Source: Balanoglossus misakiensis (taxonomy: Eukaryota; Animalia; Hemichordata). Taken from it: a stretch of 54,795 nt of DNA. Shown here in pieces: positions 38,501-51,023 of the stretch. The notes under the pieces were generated by a model. That model worked only from the letters and a program-made list of their open reading frames with translations. It was not told where the DNA came from and did no database searches. Location of the stretch: the NCBI GenBank assembly GCA_040954595.2, contig CM082591.2, positions 9,048,717 through 9,103,511 on the forward strand, read 5' to 3'. A program made the position numbers and the translations under genes. Each line of letters starts with the position of its first letter. The first letter of the stretch is position 1.

Positions 38501-39965
38501 TTTTGTTGCCGTCGTCCACCAACAAACTACAAGTGCAGTGGCAGGGACCATACCAAGAGACAAAGAGAGTTTCTCCTGTTGACTATGAAGTCGAGGTAGG
38601 AAGCAGGAGAAAGAAGAAAAAGGTGTATCATGTCAACATGCTACGAAAATGGTTTCCTAGAGAAGGAACTGCCTTTCTAGTGAGAAAGACTGAAGACTGT
38701 GACGAGTCTGTTCCCGTGGAAATGGATGTATACCATTTGATGACCTCCAAAGAGACATGGAGAGATGTAGAGATATACAGTGGTCTGAAAGAAGCAGAGA
38801 AAGCTGAAGCGAGACAGTTACTAGAGGAATTCAGTGACGTGTTTACTGATAGTCCTGGACGCACGACCTTGATCGAGCATGATATCTCCACGATGACAGA
38901 ACAACCTGTGAAACTGAGGCCGTACAGAATTCCCGAGTCATTGAGAGAGACTGTTAAACTTGAGCTGAACAAGATGATGAGTGCCGGAATTATACAGAAG
39001 TCCTACAGTCCGTATGCTGCACCCATCCTCCTTGTGAAGAAGAAGGATGGATCGTGGCGTTTTTGTGTCGATTACAGAGGCCTGAACAAAGCGACTGAGT
39101 TCGACCCATTTCCCATGCCACGTACAGATGAGATGATCGAGAAGTTGGGAAAAGCCAACTACATCACCAGTATCGACTTGACTAAGGGATATTGGCAAAT
39201 ACCCTTGAGCAAGGATGCACGTGCCAAGTCAGCTTCCAGAACCCCATATGGCCAGTATGAATTCCTGGTGATGCCCTTCGGATTGCAGAATGCACCTGCT
39301 GATGCAGATGGTGTTAGATGGCTGTGAAGAGATTGCTAGCTCGTACTTTGATGATGTTGATACTGCCGATGCCGTGTGGAGCGACCATATCGCACATCTC
39401 CGTCAACTACTGAGTCGTGTCAGAGATGCCGGACTGACTATTCGACCGAGCAAGTGTAAGGTTGGATTCCCAGAAGTTCCAGTGGTTGGTCACATTGCAG
39501 GATGTGGTAAGGTGAAACCCGAGCCAGACAAAATACAAGCCGTACAGAGCTTTCCGAGGCAAGTGACGAAGACGGACGTCAGAGCGTTCCTAGGGTTAGT
39601 CGGATACTACCATCGGTTCATACCCGACTTCGCCAGTGTGGCCTACCCGTTAACCGAGCTGACCAAGAAAGGTGTACCTACCAGAGTGAGTTGGACCACA
39701 GAATGTGAGGAAGCCTTCATCAAGCTGAAGACGTTGCTGACTTCATATCCTGTTCTGAGTAACCCGGATTTCGACAAGCCGTTCATCGTTCAAGTGGATG
39801 CCAGTAACAGAGGGATCAGTGCTGTGTTGAGTCAACTGAATAAAAAAAATGAGGAGCACCCCGACGCCTACTTGAGCCGAAAGCTTGTTCCGCGTCAACT
39901 ACTCTACTATTGAGCGCGAGTGTTTAAGTTTTGTTTGGGCAATACAGTCACTGGGACACTATTTG
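35585..39965 (+). pseudogene. gag-pol polyprotein with stops and frameshifts
   Basis: VPKFTEGEDIDAYLRTFEK and SCAN-like YRSKFR..LILVEQLL. Zinc knuckle CYSCNQPGHNDSKC. Protease LRDTGC. Integrase AHDIPLAGHLG..CRSCEAC, IAIDMIGP, LSDQG, NGLVE, WQGPY. RT WRFCVDYRGLN, DLTKGYWQ, YFDD. RNase H VQVDAS..AYLSRKL. Confidence 0.92.
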
Positions 39966-39968
39966 TTT

Positions 39969-39995
39969 CCCTTGGAGAAAGAGGAGAGCATTACA
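39969..39995 (+). repeat. 27 bp remnant of 3' LTR
   Basis: CCCTTGGAGAAAGAGGAGAGCATTACA fused directly to RNase H codons (..GHYLF), followed by the TSD. Confidence 0.85.
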
Positions 39996-40178
39996 GCTTT
40001 AAATCCGCTAAAAAGGCTTGAACGAGGAAAATTTGCATGCAGTGTTCTTTAGCAACCTTTTCACATAAGTTAAAGAAGGCATCTCGGACCCAGATCTATG
40101 TTATATTTGGGATGGTAATCATAATATGGCATTGGACATTGAAAAAGATTATATGTGAGGGTATCCACGAGAATCATC

Positions 40179-42395
40179 TGATAGATAGGTTGGCGCTTAG
40201 CCATAAAGACATTTGTATGTAAGCATAAGAACTTTGAAATCAATTCGATGGATGACAGGGAGCCATTTTAACTCTTGAAGGACCGGCTTGATGTGTTCGT
40301 TTTTTTTTAGTGCGAGTCAACAAACGAGCAGCTGCGTTCTGTATGCGTTGTAACCGGTTAATGAGATACTCAGGATGATGAACCTACAAGCTATTACAGT
40401 AGTCAAGACATGATGTTATGAAGGCGTGAATTAATGTTTCAGTAGTTTTTCTATCTAAAACGTTACGGATACGACCCATGCGATTTAAAACAAACGAGGC
40501 TGACTTACAGACTTGCATAATTTGAGTATGAGCTATAACAACACTGTCAAAATAAAAGCCAAGGTCTCTGACAATGGTTAGGGGTGGGTGAGTAGGTCTG
40601 TACCGACATGTAGTCCGGGTAGCGGTGTAAAGGGTCTGAATTTCGAATGATGATGAATTAATTCTGTCTTAGTGTCATTTAAAAAAAGCTTGTTCACGGC
40701 CATCCATTTACGAATCTCATCCACGCAAGATTCAATCTGCAACTTTGAATGATCAGCTCGCTTTCAGGTTAAGTAAACTTGTGTATCATCAGCATACATC
40801 ATAAAGCTTATTAACACTTTCACTGCGTAGATAATATATGCTAATGTATTCCTGTGCGTAGTTTCCTATGGTAAATTTAACTAATAAACAATGTTTTACT
40901 TTACCATCTCTATCTCTCTTAATATGAAAGTATTTGCAATGATATTTCCAGCAAGTATATTTTATAAGACAACCAACATAATTAAACTGAAAAATGGTCA
41001 CATGACCATTAATTGGTCATGTGACACTGGCGGCCATAATGGATTTCTGTTGAAATATGGTAAAAACAACAGATCTTGTAATAAAAGTGACTGAAATACT
41101 GTATTCAATTCATTGTATCACAGCTGACAGACAAAAATAGTCAAAAACAACTTCCCCCTGTATTAAAGGGAATAACAAGTGACTTTTGAGCAAGAAATTT
41201 GATCAAATTTATTAATGAACCATAAAAACAGTCCTTCTAGGTATGACGCAAACCACTCCAGTACTTGTTCTTTGACGCCAAAGCGAGTCTCCAACCTCCT
41301 CAAAAGAATGTCATGGTCAATGGTATCAAACGCAGCACTTAAGTCTAAAAGAACAAGAATCACTTCTGAATGACTATCAATAGAAATTACAATGTCGTTA
41401 TCATTTTATGTACCTTTAGCAAAGCCGTTTCTGTGCTATGGAATTCTCGATAAGCAGATTGAAATTTGCAATACAGCTGAGACCTTGTTAAATGATGATG
41501 TAGTTGATCTACTGCTATCCTTTCAATGACTTTACCAATAAACGAAGATTTGATACAGGTCAATATTTTTTCAATTTATCTTGATCCAATCCATGCATCT
41601 TCAGTGAAGGTCTAACTATGGCATGTTTTAGACACTGCGGAAAAACACCAGAAATAAATGACTTATTTACTATGTCTGTGATACGTGTTGATGTATATGG
41701 AAGGCACATTTTCAGCAAAAAAGTCGGGATTGGGTCAAGTTTACAAGATTTGGAATTCATTGATTTGATTAACTTAGACACATATTGCTCTGAAACACAT
41801 GAAATTATTAAATGTTGGGCCCCAGTCATAAAATTCTTGTACCCCACTTGTGGAATCCAGTAACTCTCTGAACTTCATCACTTTCTCCAAGAAAACGTCC
41901 GAAATTTTTTCAGCCAGAACCTTGGGGTCGCAATGACGTAGCAGAATCAGGGCTGATGATGATTTCTCACCCATGATATCGTCGATGATAGAGAATAACT
42001 TACGTTGATCAGAGTTTTCAATCTTTGAACGATAGTAGGCAGATCTGGTGTTGTTGACGAGTAGATTATGATCAGAGCGTTTCGCGTGGAAGATTTGTTT
42101 ATTTATCTCCAGGTGATTTACATTCCAGACAGTGACGTTGTAATTTTCTGACTTCCTTTTGATGATCATGAATTTTGCCACAGAACCAAGGTGCACGTGG
42201 TTTGTCGTTGACAACTTTCGTTGTTGGTGGGGCGACAGTATCAAATACCCTGGACAAAGTGATAGTATAATCCTGAAGCAGCATATCCACAGATGCGCCT
42301 TCCAGTGTAGAGAGAGGATTGTCACTCATACATGACATCACTTGATTGCAGTCAATATTAGTTATTTTCCGACTAACAGCTTTGATCTTCCTGGT
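40179..42395 (-). mobile_element. LINE A copy 3, RT region (split by 40815-41237)
   Basis: [33 protein letters not shown]; reverse complement of 11290-12436 and 18425-19060. Confidence 0.9.
40815..41237 (+). mobile_element. One-ended TTAA-flanked DNA element remnant (piggyBac-like terminus)
   Basis: Starts TTAA|CACTTTCACTGCG at a TTAA native to LINE A (18425 in copy 2). The other end is missing along with ~150 bp of RT. The superfamily call rests only on the TTAA|CAC terminus. Confidence 0.5.
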
Positions 42396-42952
42396 CTTCA
42401 TAAAAATGTACATTTGAAGGAGTTTTGACCTATGGCGTGATGACGTGCTGAATACGGATATCAAATTTGCTTGTACTACTGTTATGATGTCTAGGTTTTC
42501 AATGATTCAATGGCCAGGTGCACTGCAGTTCTTTTGTTTTCCCCCGCTTAGTGACTAAGTGTTAATGAATTAGGTATTTTTGTTGGTATAAAAGGCACGT
42601 ACATTGCCCCGTTGCCTTGCTGCTACTTGTATACTGATTTACTACGCCATGCCGACTCCACGTCCATAAAAATTATACCGGACAACCAAAGGGATACGAT
42701 ACAATGAAACCATTTTTTAAAATGATTTTAGGGTGAAAGCAGACCGGCTCGTGTCTCCGTTGGTTGTCAGACCGAAAAGGTAAAAAAAGAAAAGCATCGT
42801 AGTCCAGACGTCACAAGTACCACAATACACTAAAGGTGAGTGATATGACATTCCATATTCTGAAAATAACGGTCAAAGATGTAGAATGGAACAAATACAC
42901 TGAAAATTGTGATAATGCGACTTATGTATGATTTTTGTATACATAAATGCAG

Positions 42953-45376
42953 GTTCCCAGGCAGAACTTAGACCGAAAACAGAAAGTATTGGTGTTTGTT
43001 GCGATCTGTCCATGCCGTTTACTACGTCTACGCCTGTAATGAGTGAAGATGATATGTCAGACGATGAAACCGAAGATATCTCGGATCATGATTCAAGTTA
43101 TTCCGTTTACGAGCCGTCTGAAGATGAACTCTCCGCAGATTCAAGCCATAATTCGTAAGTAGATTATTTACGCTGTTTCCCCTTTTCATAGAAAAAATAG
43201 TGCAAATATGGAATGTTTCATGTTGCGCGAAAGTAAATAAAATGTCATATGATTGATATTATAAATTACACCTAATTCTCATCTGCTGTTTCCTCTCACA
43301 GTATTGCTGTCTCCGAATGCGATTTACCTCATCAACAGCGAAAGTTCATCGTTTTTGAAGAGAACCTGTTACAGCTGTTTTCCTGTTGTCCAATCTGTCA
43401 ATTCACCACCAACTCATCCGTCAAGCAACAGATTGGCACGTCAATCATCGTCGAACAGCACTGCGAAAACTGTGACTACACACGGAAATGGAGTAGCCAA
43501 CCCTTCATCAAAGATATTCCAGCCGGTAACATTCTCCTGTCAGCTTCTATACTATTTACGGGGGCATCGCCTACTAAAGTGATACGTGTACTGAATCACC
43601 TCAACTGCTCGATTTATAAGATCAACGCATTCATAACCCACCAGAGACAATATCTCCAGCCCGTGATCCAGGAATTGTGGATAGACGAACAGTTAATGTT
43701 GATTGACAGGGTGAAAGACAAAGTCGATCCTGTAGTGCTCGGAGGTGATGGTAGAGCAGACAGCCCGGGACACTGTGCCAAGTATGGTTTGTATACAACG
43801 ATGGAACTGGATATCAACAAAGTCATAGATGTACAACTTGTACAGGTGAGTAATTGGATATAAACGCGGTCTAATCTTTGCCTTGAACCAAGGGATAAAA
43901 CAAAATGGAAATATCTAAAATAACAAAAGCCCTAACGTTTTGGAACACTTTATTTTAATTTACAGAGTAACGAAGTGAAAAGCAGCTATCACGTGGAATG
44001 CGAAGGGCTGAAAAGAAGTATAGGCTACCTTCGTTCACAAGATGTAGTGGTCGATTCAGTTATAACTGACAGACATCGCTCGATCGGGAAATTTATCAGA
44101 GAAGAAGTACCTGAAGCAAGTCATTATTACGATGTGTGGCATGTGGCTAATGGTGAGTGCTATACAAGGTAGTCGTAATATATCTAATTATGAAGCATTA
44201 GATACATAATAATTATAAAACGATGATGTGTGGTCAACAACTGTACGACAGAGTGTAGTGAAGTATCTCTTCATTATGACTATATTTCAGGAGTTCGAAA
44301 GAAGGTCGAAGCATTGGCCAAAGAGAAAGAGTGTGAAGTAGTTGGTAAATGGGCAAGGAGTCTCGTAAACCACATGTACTGGTTAGCAAGTACAACGCCC
44401 GACGGAAATGGAGATTTGATGCTTGCGAAATGGAAGTCTGTGGAAAACCACATGCACAACATTCATTCGGGCCATGGAAACGAACTTTTTCCTGCGTGTG
44501 CTCATCGACGTTTACGAGGCCGAGAAAGAAATAAGAAATGGTTGACACCCGGTAAGTTTCAGTCACTTTTTGAATGTTTTCGCGAATCTATTTTCAGCAA
44601 ATGAACATTACTTTTGCTGCCACAGCTAAAAAATAAGGAATCTTTTTTTTTTCAACACCCAACAGACACAAAGGCAAGCGTCAAACTCGGCAAGATCATC
44701 AACGCGAAAAGTCTATGTAGTGACATCAAGAAGCTATCACCGAAGCATCAAACTCACAACCTCGAAGCTTTCCATAATCTCATACTGCATTTCGCTCCCA
44801 AGATGCTGTCATTTTCATACACTGGTATGAAATGTCGGTGAGTTAAATTTATTATTTTTACGTAGACCATTTGTTCCGATTTGGAGATCTTGAAAATCAT
44901 GATGATTACATTTTCCCATTTTGTTTCAGACTGCTGTTAGCAGCTCTTCACTACAATGAAAACAGCGACAAGTCACAGGCAAAAACCCGAACCGGACAAG
45001 CCCGATACAGTATCGTATATCCAAAGTACAAGAAGGGTGGTTATATTGTCCGCAACATCCGTGAGAAAAGTACATACGGTATGAATTTAAATGTTGATGA
45101 GTGCTGAATAAAACTGCATGTTTCGACAATATACATTAGTTTCGTTCTATCGTTAAACCATTTTGTTGCATAAATCATTACGAACACGTTTTTGGTTTCT
45201 TAATGGTTCCAGATTATGTGAAGAAGCTGACCAACAAATTAGTCAACCAGATTGTTGGTGGAGAACCACGTCTGCAGACAACTCCAGTACGGGTTCCTGC
45301 GCCACTTTGTGATGCCTTTGAACGTCCAAACAAATACCAGGCTATCGCAGAACGAACGTCAAGATTTCGACGATGA
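42953..45376 (+). CDS. Kolobok DDE transposase, 5'-incomplete (exons 42953-43154, 43302-43845, 43966-44152, 44291-44551, 44666-44837, 44930-45078, 45213-45376)
   Basis: All GT-AG joins are in frame with no stop: RKFIVFEENLLQLFSCCPIC..WSSQP..AGNILLS, GGDGRADSPGHCAKY, ITDRH, YYDVWHVA, NHMYW, TxNLEAFH, RLLLAALHYNEN, ..RTSRFRR*. Confidence 0.85.
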
Positions 45377-45524
45377 ACACTCGGACCCAGTCAATATCGA
45401 TAATACAACACACGCGACTTACACGTTGACTTTAGTACATTGAATTCACTTTAATTTCGTAAAAAAATTATAACAACATGCTAAAAATTAAAAAGTGCGG
45501 ATCATAAAATTAAAAATGCACACT

Positions 45525-46936
45525 TCATTCCAGGGATGGGTATTTGAAACCGGTGTATAGAACTGAAGGGAATCGTTCTCTGATTTGATAGACAACACAC
45601 GACGGAATTGTCACCCGTACATTCCGACCAAGATATCCCCAGCACCATCTCACGAATTGTCTGTAAGCAATATACCGGTACGTCCTTAAACGAAAACAAA
45701 AATGAAGGGAGAAAATAACGATTAGTCCAGTTGTGACATGGGATTTTAAAATGATAATCGCATTTTTTTCCGTTTCGGCATGTCTGCAATATGTTATTCA
45801 ACCGTACTCCATAATACGTGTACTCTCTACAGACTTTTACTCTTGTCAAACCATTGAAGAAGTCGTCAAAATAACTCACTCGTGTGTATTTTCGTCTTCG
45901 CTTCTGGCTCCATATTGCTGTCTGTAGACGTAGTAAGCGGTTTGCAAGACCCACTCGTTTAAACATACTGCAGGGAAGCCTGAATGTTCAGTGATACATC
46001 TGCCAGAAATTTGCCCATTATCCATTTTTTCTGTGACGCATGACATTTCTTGACAGCATTTACACTCTTCTCTCTTGTCCATGGGATGACAGTTACTGCA
46101 ATCACACCTGACAAAAAAAGTGTGTTCACATTTACTAACGGATTGATAATAACATCACCAAAGTTGTGCCAATACTCTAAATCAAGAAGGTACCGCTCTG
46201 TTCCATATGTAAATAATTCGAGTATTTATATTTTGATGTAGTTTTAAATGTAACTAAATGTAAATAAAATGGGTTCAAACATATCGACTTTATCGATCAT
46301 TTAAAGCGTACAAAAAGGTGGAAATGTTGGTGATTCTGACAGCAGTTTGCGTCTACCAATCCCACTCTACAGTACCCCTTGTTGACTCGATTTTACTCGA
46401 CCTCGTGATAAATCGAAAAGTCGACGTTGCGACAAACTTTAGCTGAATATCTCGATGAAACCGTTGTCCGTGAAATATTGGTATGATCAATGTGATAGAA
46501 GTTTAGTTCGCCAGTTACCACCCCTTAAAAATAAATAATGAAGCCCTTGTCGATCGTGACATTGAAAAGCAGATAGGCCCCACAAATACTTCTTTAAAAC
46601 AGCAAAACAGTGGGAGTAAACATATATTCACGTGTCTATAGGTCCGCTGAAAATAATTATCAACTAGTCAGTCATTTAAGATTTTCTTGAAAAGAATGTC
46701 GAGTCTTACCATTCTGTGTGCCCGACGCGATTCTGACTGGTATCTGTATGCGACTCGATCCGTTCACTTTCATCGTCCTCTGAACTGCTGGTACAATACG
46801 GTTCGAATTGATATGGCTCGATTTCTTCACAATAAGTATTCTTAGGCAACAACTGGAATGAATCGTTACTGTTGTCATCTGAGAAAACGATCGACTGTTC
46901 AAAACTTTCGGAGCTCTGGTCACTGTAGTTGGCCAT
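45525..46936 (-). CDS. KolX-type accessory protein similar to the P2X7 C-terminal cysteine-rich (ballast) domain, 204 aa (exons 46936-46710, 46107-45880, 45684-45525)
   Basis: 615 nt spliced frame: IEPYQFEP, RVGHTEWCDCSNCHPM..ECKCCQE, CITEHSGFPAVCLN, YRYIAYRQFVRWCWGYLGRNVRVTIPSCVV..IRERFP..YTGF. Confidence 0.85.
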
Positions 46937-47177
46937 TGTAGCGATAGACGTTGACAGCCCCACACTGCATATTCGTTCTACTTGTGACGTCATCAGCGAG
47001 AACAATAGACTGCCGTCGCGCTCACGGCTGCTAATGGGCGTTGCCCAAGAGGTGTTAACTTTCTCTTGCATTTCTCAATAATGGCTCGGTCGATTGAAAA
47101 AGTGAAAACAGTTTTGAACTCGGGGCATAATTGCGCACCAGAAACAGAGTCTGAATTAGTGCCAGAATTATTACTCT

Positions 47178-48377
47178 TTAAGACTAATATAGAAGACCGA
47201 CAGCAGTATGTCAAGGTCAATAATTGTACTTCAAAAGCGAAAAGGATCTCCTGTGGAATTCCACAGGGATCAATTCTAGGTCCACTTCTTTTTCTAGTAT
47301 ATATAAATGATATCTGAAGGTCCTCAGACTATTTTCAATTCAGGTTATTTGCTGACGATACCAATTTATTTTGTTCAGATAAGCAGGACAAAATCGATCT
47401 TGCCACTCTGAATGTTGAGGTAACTAAAGTACAGACCTGGTGTAAGTCAAATAAACTTTTACTATTAATATTGACAAAACAAACTATGTTATTTTCAAAA
47501 CAGCCCAGGCGAAGTTTAAGCCTGAGGGGGATTTATATCTCTCTGATTTACCAATACAAAATGTTTCATCTGCTGTTTATCTTGGAGTTACTCTTGACTC
47601 ATCATTATCCTGGAAGTCTCACATCAACATTATTTTTAAGAAGGTTCGCCAAAAAATCGGTATTATTTCTTATGTACGCCATTATCTCCCTAAGTCTATA
47701 ATTGTATTATTATACAATTGTCTTATCCTTCCCCATATAATGTATTGTATCGAAATATGGGGAAATGCGTATAAAACCTATTTAGATTGTATTTTCCAAT
47801 TGCAAAAGAGACTTGTGAGACTTATAACATTTTCTAGCCCAAATACACATAGTGCACCACTTTTTCAGCTACCTGGAATTCTTAATGTTTATAAACTCTG
47901 TAAATTTCAAACTTGTGTTTTTGCGTGTGATCTAAAGGCAGGGCATTAAGCCCACTCACTAGATCGCTATGCTTCATTTGTATCACACAAATATTTTACA
48001 AGATTTGCCTCTTCTGATAAGTTTACGCTTCCCAAAGTAAAACTTACTTCATCTCAAAATAATTTATACTATTCTATTGCCAAGCATTGGAATGAAATTC
48101 TTACACAAATAAAATCAATTCAATCAAGGAATTTATTTAAAAGCTCTCTGAAAATGTATCTATTGAGCATAGATTAATTTAACCTATGTTATAAACATAT
48201 TTACTTCGTCACCGCGTTCTTTGACTACCAACTATTGCTTTGTGATATGAATTGGCAATTATAGTAATTGTTTCAATGATTTGTATGTATTTAGGGCCAG
48301 GGACACGATTAGTTCCACTAGAACTACTTCCCTGGTCCGCACCAGTTACGTCAAATGCATCTATCTGATGAAATAAA

Positions 48378-48407
<30 letters not shown>
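47178..48407 (+). mobile_element. LINE B copy 3 (3' part; more decayed)
   Basis: GIPQGSILGPLLF, LFADDT with new stops and frameshifts. AATAAA + (CTAT)n tail. Empty Harbinger site at 48317-48319. Confidence 0.92.
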
Positions 48408-48412
<5 letters not shown>

Positions 48413-48880
48413 CCATGTGAAAGTTGAAATCACCAAGTATAAGTAATTTTCCAGGCGAAACGACAACGCACTCCAGTAACGATGTAAATTCGCTGAAGAA
48501 TGCTGTGGGTGTTGAACCATTTTTCCTTGACTGTGGTGGACGATAAACAACTATCATGTGGATCATTTCAGACTTTACGCCACCACTACGAGATGCACCA
48601 GGAGAGTTGTAGATATTATAACCAATCAACGATGAGCAAAGTTCATCATAGTCAAATGCTGTTTTGAGTCACTCAGCCAAGATTCCGTTACTACAAGGTC
48701 ATCTTCTCATGAATAATAGAACATACAGCTGGTATTTTGTTGTTCAATGTCACAGTACCATTTACATGAGAAGCTGCAACAATATTATCAGGACCCGTAT
48801 TTTTCAAAAGCTGGGCATTACAATAATTTCATTTGACGTGTTGTCGACCCACGAATAGTTCCCCCCCCCCCCCGAAGATC
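48408..48880 (-). mobile_element. LINE A copy 3, endonuclease region
   Basis: [18 protein letters not shown]; carries an ~80 bp deletion relative to 2545-2635. Confidence 0.88.
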
Positions 48881-50529
48881 ATGAACAAACAACTCATTTA
48901 CGGTATTTTTGAAAAGCTGCACATCCATAGGCTAAAGAGATTTGGTTATGGTAATCAATATTACATGCAAACAAATTTTTCACCATGTTTGATGAAAAAA
49001 TGACACACGGGGTAGAGGTTGATTAACCTCCATTGTGGACTTCTCTCCTAGATGAAAGGTCATCATTAACTCCCCAGTAGTATCATAATTAATGCAAGTT
49101 GATGAGTTTGTTGCTAGCTTTCACAGAGAGCCAAGTGTCTCTTCACATTTCGAGCAGGGGTGAGTATATCCATTTTGAATCTACTCTGTCCCCATATCAG
49201 TAAATAAAATAATTTAGTCGTCCTGCAACCTGGTTTCGTGGTCTCGCTTTTTCCCCATTTTTCATTAGAATATACGTAGAATTTTGAGTAAACACTTGCA
49301 AAATGGTCGTTTTTTAAAATTTTCACAACAGGTTTTGATAGAGCTGTTCAGATATTTTCAACATATGAAAAATATCACTGTATTTGAAAAGTCGACCAAT
49401 GAAATTATCACATAAGAGATGATCATAAATTGAAGTGTTATATTCTTTCAGATTTCTGCCTACACTTCCCATCTGCAGCTAGACAAGCTGCGTTTGTGAT
49501 CTCCGAAGGTATGACTATTGTATGGCTTTATGTCATCAATGAGACTGAGCTTATATTGTTTGGAAAGTAAAATTATTTTCAATCTAACCAAAAACTTCAT
49601 CAGAGGATTATTTCAACGGGCTGATAAATGTGACGCATATCAATGGAGACACACACACACAGTATAATGCATTTCCTTAAAGCCCCAGATTTTCTCGTGT
49701 TTATCCCTTTTTCATCATCGAAAATTGCCCATTTTTCCCGTACATTTATCATGGAATACTACATAATGAAGATATAAGAAACATTTGGGCAACTGTAGCT
49801 ACATGCAAGCTGTAAATATTGCCCGAAACACTTGAGGGGTATGAGGCAGGGCCAGTGACATGCATGACGATAGATGTAGTTTTGGAAGCAATGCGGACAG
49901 AAAATGGCTAGATACTAGACTACCTAAATTGTTCAGAACCTGTCAATGAAAACAAGACAATATTCATCAACAACGGATTTTTTTAATAATATATTTAATA
50001 ATGCAAAACAAAACAATAACATTAAACAGATCAAAAAACTACAGTACACGAAAAAGACAAAGGATAGAGATTAGGACGAAAAAGAAAGCAAGGCTACGGA
50101 GTTGAAATCCGTTTAACAGATGCATTTACACTGGTGTTTCTCAAGTGTTCCATTTTTTTAATGCAATACAATATTCGACTTCTGTTACCATGTTCATGTA
50201 ATTGTGTCATACATGTCTCTGAGGGTTTTTAAAATGACTAACATATATATTTTTGGCAAGAATAAGTAGATGTACCATATCTATACTAATTAGCCCGCTG
50301 ATCCTAAACTTTTTAGAGCTTCGTACACTGGAAGTAAAAATAACAATGTCAAATGCAAAAAAAAAATTAAAATTGTGCGAAACGCGCAACGACTATGACG
50401 TCATTCTTCTACACTACAGTGGCCGAAGATATCACAATATTGCACAGTAAAAAAACCTTCCCATGCCACCTACCCTATTTCTGTAAACCATGTAATAGGA
50501 ACAGCACATACTTTTTCGTTTTGCCTCAA

Positions 50530-50790
50530 GTTGTATATCAATGTTAAAATCATCAAATAAATACAATATTCCCTCCAAAAAGCTTTAACAACTGAGCAAA
50601 ACCGTAATCGATGTCATATAGAATCAGAGTATTCGAAACAGAAGTTACAAAGCTCGCTGTCAACTTTACCCAGTTTCTTCAAAACCTTGTTCTTGTAGAT
50701 ATTTCTGTGAAGATAAAATTGAAAAACTTCTATATTTAGATTCGTATGGAATCTAAATGTAGAATTATTGTAGTAGGTATGAAATATGGC
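50530..50790 (-). pseudogene. L1/Tx1 zf-RVT fragment (mirror of 370-620)
   Basis: ORF 50614-50859 ends ..FQFYLHRNIYKNKVLKKLGKVDSELCNFCFEYSDSI. Confidence 0.75.
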
Positions 50791-50819
50791 AGTCTGTAGG
50801 AGTGTGGTAGTTTGTGTGT

Positions 50820-50897
50820 ATGGAGGGCGCTTGTTTGTATGTATGGAGGTTGGTTGCAATGATGATTGTGATGATGATGATGATGATGATGATTGTA

Positions 50898-50935
<38 letters not shown>

Positions 50936-50983
50936 AGTGATGTTTGTATGTTTGTTTGTTTGTAGGTATGTATGGAGGTAAGG

Positions 50984-51023
<40 letters not shown>

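Larger units (their letters stand above)
34378..39995 (+). mobile_element. Gmr1-like Ty3/gypsy LTR retrotransposon (gag-PR-IN-RT-RH), decayed, GCTTT target-site duplication
   Basis: GCTTT at 34373-34377 and 39996-40000. Starts TGT and ends ACA. PBS after the 5' LTR. Gypsy-type RT lies downstream of integrase. Confidence 0.93.
33545..40023. mobile_element. Foldback/MITE-like element (~860 bp before interruption) with ~190 bp inverted arms; right arm split by the LTR element
   Basis: TTGTCGAAACGTCCTGCAGTAATATAGTATTGAACG.TAATG.TGCCAATGCCCTGGGT (33652-33710) is inverted at ~34245-34303. Weaker similarity extends outward to ~33547 and, past the gypsy, to ~40023. Confidence 0.65.
42396..47177 (+). 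mobile_element. Kolobok DNA transposon, left end deleted
   Basis: Right terminus ..TTACTCT|TTAA at a TTAA native to LINE B (10368-10371 in the left arm). Convergent transposase and Cys-rich gene. ~920 bp of arm sequence (10372-11289 equivalent) is lost with the left end. Confidence 0.82.
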
